Origin: Macrostomum lignano
Lineage: Eukaryota
NCBI GenBank assembly: GCA_002269645.1
Contig: NIVC01000073.1
Span: 558,001-622,000, forward strand
Direction of reading: 5' to 3'
Length of the DNA: 64,000 nt
In this document: piece after piece, positions 35,801 through 47,800 of the stretch
How the letters are laid out: every line of letters begins with the position of its first letter
Numbering within the stretch: position 1 is the first letter of the stretch
Notes under the pieces: generated by a model
Told to the model about the DNA's origin: nothing
What the model saw: only the letters and a program-made list of their open reading frames with translations
Database searches by the model: none
Translations under genes and position numbers: made by a program

Positions 35801-38800
35801 GGCGATTCTTCAGGTAGGGTTCAGGTGTGATTCTGCAGGTAGGGTTCAGGTTTTCTAAAAAGCACTTTTAAAGGCTGTACGCATTTGTCCCAGCTGAACT
35901 GCACACTGCGATCAGTGCAATTGAGTAAACAAAGAGGAACAAAGACTCGTAAATAATTTCGTCATGTTATGACTGCTGCAAGCACGAGAAAAACACAGCT
36001 TCTGGAGCTGATGCGCTTGTTTAGCTTTTGCAGCAGCTTCGAGCATGACAGATTAGTGACATGATCAATGATTTATTGAGCTTCTTGAGGGCGATTTAGT
36101 GCGGCTATTAAATGGGCAGGGGGCCAATTATGGAGGTCAATTAGGGAAGGGGTCAATTAGAGAGGGGGTCAGTTAGGGAAGTCAATTAGGGACGGTTAAC
36201 TAGAGGGGTCAATTACTTCATAGAAAGTGTAGATTGATTGGGGGTCAACAAGGGATGATAAAAGGTAAACTAGGGACAGTTCGATAAGGGAGGTGGTCAA
36301 TTAGAGGGTGTCAATTAGAGGGTGTCAATTAGAGGGGTCAATTAGGGGTCAATTAAGGAGAGGGCCAATTAGAGGGGTCTCGATTGGGGAGGGTAAATTA
36401 GAAAGGAAGGGGTCAATTAGAGAGGGAGGGTCAATTAGAGAGGGAGGGTCAATTAGAGAGGGAGGGTCAATTAGAGAGGGAGGGTCAATTAGAGAGGGAG
36501 GGTCAATTAGAGAGGGATCGATTAGAGGGGGTCAATTAGGAAGGTGTGGCTCGTATAGTTAGGGGTCAACTAGGATTTAGTGAAGAGAACACACAACTCA
36601 CACATCAAAATGAACTCGCATCGAACAGTGCCCAGTTCCAAATAGATTTTGCAATTTTGCCATCGTCTCAGATCGACTACCAGATTGAGCCAGCAGGTCA
36701 TTCAACAACGCCTCAGTCACTTCGTCCATGGAAGTCGACAGTCCGCCTTGTTGCAGTCGAAACTCCAATATTGACGCCGGAACCGACTCTCGAGAATAGG
36801 ACGACAAAGAATTACAAGCGTAGCCTTTAGAGCAGGCTGTGAGGACAGAGTGGGAGCTACGATTGGCTAATACGCAGAATCTACCAGCAGCTGCCAGACT
36901 GGCAGAGGCTGATGAATACACCAGCCTGTTGGATGGTGTCTGGTCGACACCGAGCCACATGGTGACAGAGTTGCTACCGGCTGATGATGCTGCTGTTGTT
37001 GCTAGGGGAATTGGAGAGCCAGTTTTCGCGTCGAGAATTCGACCGCATGCCACTGGGGAGTGGGGGTTTGGAAAACAGGATTAATAGCAGAGATTGAGAA
37101 AACCATCAATTCATTTACGTGCTACAACTTTAGATTTCAAGGCACGGACTCAAACTTTTACACAAGTTGTCAAGATAATGAAGCTGAGGAGTCTGGCCCA
37201 GCAACTGAGGATCTGAAAGTCTGGCCCAGCAATTGAGATCTGGGAGGCTGGCCCAGCAATTGAGGATCTGAAAGTCTGGCCCAGCAATTGAGGATCTGGG
37301 AGGCTGGCCCAGCAACTGACACTCTGGGAGGCTGGCCCAGCAATTGAGATCTGGGAGGCTGGCCCAGCAACTGACACTGGGAGGCTGGCCCAGCAACTGA
37401 CACTCTGGGAGGCTGGCACAGCAGCAGACACTCTTGGAGGCTGGCACAGCAGCAGACACTCTGGGAGGCTGGCACAGCAACAGACACTCTGGGAGGCTGG
37501 CACAGCAGCAGACACTCTGGGAGGCTGGCACAGCAACTAAGTAATTTGATGCACTATTTAAATTAAGTAGTATGCTAGACTTATTATTGTATTTATAAAG
37601 GGTCAGTGGATTACCGTATCGCTTGTAGAAGTTGGTCAGAACATTTAACAGCGCCAGCTGATTGTCTCTGTACAGGCCGGGCAGACTACCAGCAGCCGGT
37701 GTAGAACAGCTGTTTAATCGGAGCGACATCTGCGAAAAATTTATTGTGAAATTCAATTAATAAATATAATTTTACTGAGGACTGCATTGAGGATCTGGGA
37801 TCACAGAATTATATTGAGGATCTGTGGGACTCTATTGAGGATCTGGGGATTCTATTGAGATCTGGGGATTCTATTGAGATCTGAGGATTCTATTGGGGAT
37901 CTGGGGATTCTATTGAGATCTGGGGATTCTATTGAGGATCTGGGGATTCTATTGAGATCTGGGGATTCTATCGAGATCTGGGGATTCTATTGAGGATCTG
38001 GGGATTCTATTGAGAATCTGGGGATTCTATTGAGGATCTGGGGATTCTATTGAGGATCTGGGGATTCTATTAGGGATCCGGGGATTCTATTGAGGATCTG
38101 GGGATTCTATTGAGATCTGAGGATTCTATTGAGATCTGGGGATTCTATAGAGGATCTGGGGATTTTATTGAGGATCTGGGGATTCTATTGAGATCTGGGA
38201 TCTGGGGATTCCATTGAGATTTGGGATCTGGGGATTCTATTGAGGATTTGGGATCTGGGGATTCTATTGAGATCTGGGATCTGGGGATTCTATTGAGATC
38301 TGGGATCTGGAGATTCTATTGAAATCTGGGATCTGGGGATTCTATTGAGATCTGGGATCTGGAGATTTTATTGAGGATTTGGGATCTGGGGATTCTATTG
38401 AGGATCTGGGATCTGGGGATTCTATTGAGGATATGGGGATTCTATTGAGGATCTGGGGATTCTATTGAGATCTGGGGATTCTATTGAGATCTGGTGATTT
38501 TATTGGGGATCTGGGGATTCTATTGAGGATCTGGGGATTCTATTGAGATCTGGGATCTGGGGATTCTATTGAGACCTGGAATCTGGGGATTCTATTGAGG
38601 ATTTGGGATCTTGGGATTCTATTGACGATTTGGGATCTGGGGATTTTATTGACGATCTGGGATCTGGGGATTCTATTGAGATCTGGGATCTGGGGATTCT
38701 TTTGAGATCTGGGATCTGGAGATTCGATTGAGGATTTGGGATCTGGGGATTCTATTGAGGATTTGGGATCTGGGGATTCTATTGACGATTTGGGATCTGG

Positions 38801-41800
38801 GGATTTTATTGACGATCTGGGATCTGGGGATTCTATTGAGATCTGGGATCTGGGGATTCTATTGAGATCTGGGGATTCTATTGAGATCTGGGATCTGGGG
38901 ATTCTATTGAGATCTGGGATCTGGGGATTCTATTGAGATCTGGGATCTGGGGATTCTATTGAGAGCTAAACGTGAAGTGTAGAGCTCACAGACGCAGCGC
39001 CAAGACTATTCTGAAAGTGGTTCAACAACTGCAGCTCTCTAGAGTCGCCACCGCCTCCAGCCGTGACCGCAGAGTCAGCAATCGGTCTAACCAAAGCTCC
39101 ATCAACCAGCTTGCTGGAGATGAAGTGCTTAGCCAAAGATTTAACCAATCTAACAACAGTGCTCAAATTCTGCGATAGATCAGTCGATGCCAATCTTGCA
39201 ATACTCGAGTCGTTAGTGAACCCAGTCCGAAGCGCCATAAATAGTACTGGCGAAGTCAATTGCTCAGTAGAGTTTTGCATGACAGACATTAGCGATTCCA
39301 CAGCTGTAGCGGAGCTCAACAACTCAGTGTTGGAGCAATCAGCTGATGATCCATTGGTGATTGACAGTTTAGTAGAATTATTACTGCTACTGAATAGCAC
39401 CGGGACAATTGTAATTCGTAAATTGTTTAGTAGGCTGCGCAGCTCGTCTGATTGGTTGTAGCCTGAGGTGGGAAGAAAGATCGACGGCGGTTTAGGTGGG
39501 GGGTCAAGTGACCTCTCTGGTGCAATCCTAAACTCAAATATTTTTGTCGTCACTATCCTATATTCACAGATGATAACCGCTAAGTCAGAAGGGTCAAATG
39601 ACCTCCAAAAAGCAGTTAATAATAAAGCTACTAATCTGTCTCTTAACTATCCAATAGTCTCCGTTATTTCAATGGGGGGGTGATCAAATGACCTCCTTAG
39701 AGCAGTTAATAAAGAAGCAACCAATGTATCTTCACTACCCACTAGTGTCCGTTATTTAATGGGGGGGTCAAATGACCTCCCTCAGCTGCAGTTAAAAATA
39801 AAGCTTCTAATCTATGTCTCTTAACTATCCAAAAGTCGAGGCTATTCAGAGAGGGGTCAAACGACCTGAGAGCAGTTAATAAAGAAGCAACTAATGTCTT
39901 CACTACCCACTAGTGTCCGTTATTTCATGGGGGGGGGGGTCAAATGACCTCCCTAGAGCAGTTAATAATAAAGCTACTAATCTATGTCTCGACACTATCC
40001 AACAACCAACTGGATTAGAAGGGGGGGTCAAGCGACATTTTATTTTATTCTCACAGGCTAACATAATTGAATCTTAGAGGGGGGGGGTCAAATCAAATGA
40101 CCTCCACCGTAAACAAGCGCACGCACCTGCAGCCAAATGCCTAGCCAATCGTAACAAAACTTCGCCAGTTGCGCTCTCAAATTTGTTCAGCGTGCCAACA
40201 AGCAGAGCGCCTGGTAGGCTATTTTTAGCATCATCGTCATCGATTCGTCCGCACAGAGTTAGAGCGGTCACCCCATCTGCTAGACTGCGCACAGTCACCA
40301 GGCCAGGATACTGCCTAGCTAAATCTTTCAACTGCTGTCGATAATCGGCAATTGTTGGCAAATATTCTGAAGCTAAATTGGCCTTCAAACTGAAATCCTG
40401 AGCTGCTGACCAATCGGCAAATGGGCGAATGCGTAGAGTCGCATTCAGCTGCACTGCCGCCTCGTCTGTGACGGTCACGGTAGCTGAGTAGCTCGAGTAC
40501 CTGCGGCCGGGTGGTTAATGTCCAGGTGATTAGTTCGGTGTCCGAAAACTTCATCTAAGGATCTGCCTAGCAACTGAGGATCTGGGAGGCTGGCCCAGAA
40601 ACTGACACTCTGGGAGGCTGGCCCAGCAACTGAGGATCTGGGAGGCTGGCCCAGCAACTGAGGATCTGGGAGGCTGGCCCAGCAACTGACACTCTGGGAG
40701 GCTGGCACAGCAACTGAGGATCTGGGAGGCTGGCCCAGCAAATGAGGATCTGGAAGGCTGGCCCAGCAACTGACACTCTGGGAGGCTGGCCCAGCAACTG
40801 ACACTCTGGGAGGCTGGCCCAGCAACAGACACTCTGGGAGGCTGACACAGCAACTGACACTCTGGGAGGCTGGCCCAGCAACTGAGGATCTGAGAGGCTG
40901 GCCCAGCAACTGAGGATCTGGGAGGCTGGCCCAGCAACTGAGGATCTGGGAGGCTGACACAGCAACTGACACTCTGGGAGGCTGGCCCAGCAACTGAGGA
41001 TCTGAGAGGCTGGCCCAGCAACTGAGGATCTGGGAGGCTGGCCCAGCAACTGAGGATCTGGGAGGCTGGCCCAGCAACTGACACTCTGGGAGGCTGGCCC
41101 AGCAACTGAGGATCTGGGAGGCTGGCCCAGCAACTGACACTCTGGGAGGCTGGCACAGCAACTGAGGATCTGGGAGGCTGGCCCAGCAAATGAGGATCTG
41201 GAAGGCTGGCCGAGCAACTGACACTCTGGGAGGCTGGCCCAGCAACTGACACTCTGGGAGGCTGGCCCAGCAACTGACACTCTGGGAGGCTGGCACAGCA
41301 ACTGAGGATCTGAGAGGCTGGCCCAGCAAATGAGGATCTGGAAGGCTGGCCCAGCAACTGACACTCTGGGAGGCTGGCCCAGCAACTGACACTCTGGGAG
41401 GCTGGCACAGCAACTGACACTCTGGGAGGCTGGCCCAGCAAATGAGGATCTGGAAGGCTGGCCCAGCAACTGACACTCTGGGAGGCTGGCCCAGCAACTG
41501 ACACTCTGGGAGGCTGGCCCAGCAACTGACACTCTGAGAGGCTGACACAGCAACTGACACTCTGGGAGACTGGCCCAGCAACTGAGGATCTGGGAGGCTG
41601 GCCCAGCAACTGAGGATCTGGGAGGCTGGCCCAGCAACTGACACTCTGGGAGGCTGGCACAGCAACTGAGGATCTGGGAGGCTGGCCCAGCAAATGAGGA
41701 TCTGGAAGGCTGGCCCAGCAACTGACACTCTGGGAGGCTGGCCCAGCAACTGACACTCTGGGAGGCTGGCCCAGCAACTGACACTCTGGGAGGCTGGCAC

Positions 41801-44800
41801 AGCAACTGAGGATCTGAGAGGCTGCCCCAGCAACTGAGGATCTGAGAGGCTGGCCCAGCAACTAAGGACAGTTGAAGCCGGCCAAGCCCCAACAAACTCA
41901 CCCGCGCTTAACAAACCGCAGCGTGTACGACCCAGGAGCCAACAGTCTCCAATAGTCGCCATCCTGAGCAGTCAGCACAGCGTGATCAATGCCATCGACC
42001 AGGACGCTAACAGCAGACAAGGGTGCTCCAGTATCGAAGTCCAGCACGAACCCGCGGACGCCCTTGTGCACAGCGGACATGAACACTAACAGGGGGTAGA
42101 AATTCTCAGACCAATACCTGGGCAGCTCGGCAGCGTAGGGATGCTTATTACAGCTGAGCTCTAGCGTCAGTTCAAAGCAGTTCGTATTCAGATAATTGTA
42201 GTCCTGCATGCCGCCGTACAGGCTGTACCACTGGGCCCCGTTAGTGATGCCGTCTGTGAATCGTTCTGTGAGGTAAGCTGGACATCTGTGCTGGCTGGTC
42301 ATCCGGGGGTGACTGCTGGAGTAGGCTCTGGCCAGCTGGCGAAATGTGGCATCGTCTGGAGCTCTGGAATTCACAGTGTTGCGACGCGATCGATCAATTA
42401 TGAAATTTGATGCCATATAGCATTGATCTGTTTGGGTATTATGGCTAATAAGTATTATAAAAATGTAATTTAACTTGATCTTAAGGATTTAAGGATTGCG
42501 TCATAACTCATAAGGAACCAAGGATTGAGTCACAAGAATTCAAGGATTGGGTCATAAAGAATCAAATATTGCGTCATAAGGAACCAAGGATTGGGTCATA
42601 AGAATTCAAGGATTGGGTCATAAGAATTCAAGGATTGGGTCATAAGAATTCAAGGATTGGGTCATAATTAGGAATCTAGGATTGAGTCACAAGAATTCAA
42701 GGATTGGGTCATAAAGAATCAAATATTGCGTCATAAGGAACCAAGGATTGGGTCATAAGAATTCAAGGATTGGGTCATAATTAGGAATCTAGGATTGAGT
42801 CACAAGAATTCAAGGATTGGGTCATAAAGAATCAAATATTGCGTCATAAGGAACCAAGGATTGGGTCATAAGGATTCTGGGAATGAATATGAAGATTTTC
42901 TGTGTCATTCGAATTTAGGGATTGGATCATAGGGATTTTCTGATTAGATTAAAAAACGCTTTTACAAGATTGGTCATAGAAATTTTTCTACTGGTCCTTT
43001 ACGACTACGGCCCGATTACATTCGTATTATAACAATCAAAGCATCGCAGCTTACTTAGAGTAGACGCTAGCGCCCTCCTTGGTGCCGTCGAACGGATAGT
43101 TTGCAACAACGGCGCCGCCGTGCAAATTAGCGCTGAGGACAAACGGCCATCTGAGTATGCGCGAAGGAAGTGAAATATAGAGTTTAAAAAGAAATGCTAT
43201 TATGTCTCGCTTTTACATGTCGTCAAGGTCAATCGGAATTTCTTAAAGTCAAACAATCGGAATTTTCCAAAGTCAAACAATTAGGAGCTTTTAGGGTCAA
43301 ACGATTGAATTTTTCAAAGTCAAACAATTAGGAGCTTTTAGGGTCAAACGATTGAATTTTTCAAAGTCAAATAATCAGAACTTTTGAGGTCAAACAATCT
43401 GATGTTTTATAAGGTCAAAAAATTAATTTTTTTCAAGGTCAAACAGTTGAAATTTTTCAAGGTCAAATAATCGGCATTTTCCAAGGCCAAACAATCGGAA
43501 TTTTACAAGGTCAAACAGTTGGAATTTTCCAAGGTCAAACAATTGGAATTTTCTAAGGTCAAACAATCGGAATTTTACAAGGTCAAACAGTTGGAATTTT
43601 CCAAGGTCAAACAATCGGAATTTTACAAGGTCAAATGATCGGTACTTTTCAAGGTCAAACTATTGGAATTTTTTTAAGGCCAAACAATTTTACTTTTTAA
43701 GGTCAAACAATCGGAATATTCCAAGGTCAAACAATTGGAATTTTCCAAGGTCAAACGCGGAAATTTCCAAGGTCAAACAATCGGGTTTCTCCAAAATTTT
43801 CTCAGGGTATTTCAGGGTATCTCAGATATCTCATCTCAGGTATTTCAGGGTATCTAAGAGTACTTATTTCTAAAAGCTCAGCAAAAACGAAACCCCCTAA
43901 CCTGGCCAGCCAGGCGCGCACAGCCGCAGTCTCCGGCTGCTCCGGTTTCTCGTCCGGTTCGCCGGCGCGAAATTGATCGGGAAAATTTCTATTCAAATCG
44001 ATGCCATTAGCGTTAGACCGGCCAACAACGCCGTTAGAATCGCCAGCATGGGAACTCTCGTATCCGTCTGGGTTCATGCTGGGCATGATGTGCACCCGAG
44101 TGCTGGCCAGCAGATCTTTGACTAACGGAGTTCGGTCGTAATTGCGGCAAAGAAAATCGGCTAAATAAAGAAGCACTTCCCGGCTCACTACTTCGTTGCC
44201 GTGCATGTTGCCAACGTACTTGAATTCGGGTACGCCTGGCAACAGTGAAGTCAAGGTGGGGTGTGCATATATAAGTTGCGAGAATTTCCAATAAAACTTG
44301 AGGAACTTGGAAATTCGCCTATATCAAGATCAAATAAGTTTTTTAGTCCCTATCAAGGTCAAGCTATCTGAAAATCCCCATTGAAGTCAAGTTATTTGGA
44401 ATTCCCCATCAAGATTGAGTTATTTGGAATTCCCCATCAAGATTGAGTTATTTGGAATTCCCCATCAAGATAGAGTTATTTGGAATTACCCATTAAGATT
44501 GAGTTATTTGGAATTCCCCATCAAGATAGAGTTATTTGGAATTCCCCATCAAAGTCAATTAATATGGAATTTCCTATCAAGGTCACGTTTTTTGGAATTC
44601 CCCACCAAGGTCAATTTTTGGAATTTCCCACCAAGGTTATTTTTTTGGAATTTCCTATCAAGGTCAAGTCATTTATAATTATCTAGATAGTTATTATCTA
44701 TCAAGATTAATATAAAAACTCAGTAGGCATATAAAAAATTTAATACTACTACATCGATCGACACTAGCTACCGATATGTATCGAACGGAAAAAAATAACC

Positions 44801-47800
44801 AACGGAGAAAAGGCACAAACCTGGCCTATGCGATCCAGGCAACTGGCCGGAAAACTCAATAACCCACAGTTCTCGATTTTGAACAGATTTTCCAATCGAA
44901 TAAAGGCGAGTCACGCTTGGACAAGCTGAATGAATTCTGTGCAGGTAGGCCGTCAGAGCGTCGTAATTATGGTGCCTGGAGGAAATCCGATTAGTAACGA
45001 TTATTAAGTCAGTATTTGAATATAATACTTAAATTTCGCATTACTGCCCATAGACAGAATTTCTGTTGGCCTCTCTTTAACTGTCTCTCCCTCTACCTGT
45101 CTCCCTCTACCTGTCTCCCTCTACCTGTCTCTCTCTACCTGTCTCTCCCTCTACCTGTCTCTCTCTATCTGTCTCTCTCTACCTGTCTCTCTCCCTCTAC
45201 CTGTCTCTCTCCCTCTACCTGTCTCTCTTCTACCTGTCTCTCCCTCTGCCTGTCTCTCTCCCTCTACCTGTCTCTCTTCTACCTGTCTCTCCCTCTACCT
45301 GTCTCTCTCTACCTGTCTCTCTCTCTACCTGTCTCTCTCTACCTGTCTCTCCCTCTACCTGTCTCTCTCTACCTGTCTCTCTCTACCTGTCTCTCTCTCT
45401 ACCTGTCTCTCTTCTACCTGTCTCTCCCTCTGCCTGTCTCTCTCCCTCTACCTGTCTCTCTTCTACCTGTCTCTCCCTCTACCTGTCTCTCTCTACCTGT
45501 CTCTCTCTACCTGTCTCTCCCTCTGCCTGTCTCTCTTCTACCTGTCTCTCTCTCTCTACCTGTCTCTCTCTACCTGTCTCTCTCTACCTGTCTCTCTCTA
45601 CCTGTCTCTCTTCTACCTGTCTCTCCCTCTGCCTGTCTCTCTCCCTCTACCTGTCCCTCTTCTACCTGTCTCTCCCTCTACCTGTCTCTCTCTACCTGTC
45701 TCTCTCTACCTGTCTCTCCCTCTGCCTGTCTCTCTTCTACCTGTCTCTCTCCCTCTACCTGTCTCTCTCCCTCTACCTGTCATTCTCTACCTACATCTCT
45801 ATCTCTATAAAATAAAAAACAGTAAGCAAACTCACACAAGCGACTTGCTATCAACTGGAACATAGTCTTTGAACACTTTCCGTTCTCGATCTGATCGCAT
45901 TTGATTTGTAAATTTGACAAGCCTCAATATTGGCGAAGATTCGTTCCGCGGGTACTGATCGCCGACACTAAGAATTGAGAAGGCGGATAAAAAACCTATC
46001 AGCAGCATAGCAACTAGTATGTCTCGTCAGCTAATATGTCATCGTTAGTACTCGTAATTCAAAAACATTTTAATTTGAAAATCAGACAAATGCTTATTAT
46101 TAATTCATACTGAAGCATAGATAGTCGCTATACCAGTCATTCTCGTAATCTACTTTGTCATAATATTTAAAAAGCGAAGGACTTACAGACTCTAGATAAA
46201 GTCTGGTATAGTAGTACAATTATGGAAAACAACATATAAGCGAAACTCGATATCAGACAAATGCCTCATTGAAATTTCATAACTGGCACAAACTGAAATT
46301 TGCACCTGTCAATCTCGTCATCTATTCTGTCATCATTAGCGAGTTTATATAAATACTAACTATTCCCTACATTAGAGTCTCGTTCTCAGACAAATGCCTC
46401 ATTAAGATCACGGAGCAGACACTGATTATGCCTGTCAGTTCGTCATCTAAATTGTCATCACTGCTCACACAATGACCTAAAGCACTCTATGTACTTGATA
46501 AGCTCATAAATCATATAAATCTAAGATATAAACTCAGGACTCAGGGCTCAGACAAATGCCTCATTAAATTTCACTAATTGGCACAAACTACTCGAGTTTG
46601 CACCTGTCAATCTCGTCATCTATTGTCATCACAGCGAGTCCGCATAGTCACTAACAATGTGCATTGAGCAATCAAGTCTGTAAGCCGGAATTAACATCCA
46701 CCAGCAGCCAGGCAGCTCTGAAGTCAGCGACAGCTGCAGCGGTGTGCTGTTGCCAGCTGGGTTGCTCTGGCACCAGTATTAAACTTGACCGGGCTTGACA
46801 ACTAATTGCATGGCAACTAGCACCCATTGGTCAAGGGATCAAATCTGGTGCCGTGTGCTTATCTAATTGCATGGCAACTAGCACCCATTGGTCAAGGGAT
46901 CAAATCTGGTGCCGTGTGCTTATCTGATTACATGGCAACTAGCACCCATTGGTCAAGGGATCAAATCTGGTGCCGTGTGCTTATCTAATTGCATGGCAAC
47001 TAGCACCCATTGGTCAAGGGATCAAATCTGGTGCCGTGTGTTTATCTGATTGCATGGCAACTAGCACCCATTGGTCAAGGGATCAAATCTGCTGCCGTGT
47101 GTTTATCTGATTGCATGGCAACTAGCACCAATTGGTCAAGGGATCAAATCTGGTGCCATGTGTTTATCTGATTGCATGGCAACTAGCACCCATTGGTCAA
47201 GGGATCAAATCTGGTGCCGTGTGCTTATCTAATTGCATGGCAACTAGCACCCATTGGTCAAGGGATCAAATCTGGTGCCGTGTGCTTATCTGATTGCATG
47301 GCAACTGGCACCCATTGGTCAAGGAATCAAATCTGGTGCCGTGTGCTTATCTAATTGCATGGCAACTAGCACCCATTGGTCAAGGGATCAAATCTGGTGC
47401 CGTGTGTTTATCTGATTGCATGGCAACTAGCACCCATTGGTCAAGGGATCAAATCTGGTGCCGTGTGCTTATCTGATTGCATGGCAACTAGCACCAATTG
47501 GTCAAGGGATCAAATCTAGTGCCGTATCGCATTTACACTGGTACCCGTTAGTTTTTTATTAGAGACAAGGGCTGTGTGCATCATAGCGCACTTTAAGCGA
47601 CATTGTTACACAACGGGCGAGAAGCATTTTGTCTGTTCCGCTGACCCCCCTGAGCAGGCACACAAGCGCGCGGATACGTACGCAGTCACACGCACATGCA
47701 CACACTCACACAGGAGTGTACAGAGGCCCTAACTTATTTATCGTTAGGCATGTACACTTCACTGCGCCTTCGGGTGGCCCTTAATGCAGGCGTTAATTGC

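Noticed and set aside
40475-41962. Long ORFs of 436-495 aa
   Set aside because: These are translations of the 28-bp minisatellite cycling through frames, inside a CPD intron.
45968-46008. ATG 46008 with apparent signal peptide [14 protein letters not shown] as the CPD start
   Set aside because: The hydrophobic codons coincide with a polypyrimidine tract and TAG acceptor that is phase-compatible with the upstream 53889 donor. It is disfavoured but not excluded as an alternative start.
46804-47525. CRISPR-like array (also considered for the 28-36-bp arrays)
   Set aside because: The units are contiguous with no unique spacers, there are no cas genes, and the context is eukaryotic intron.
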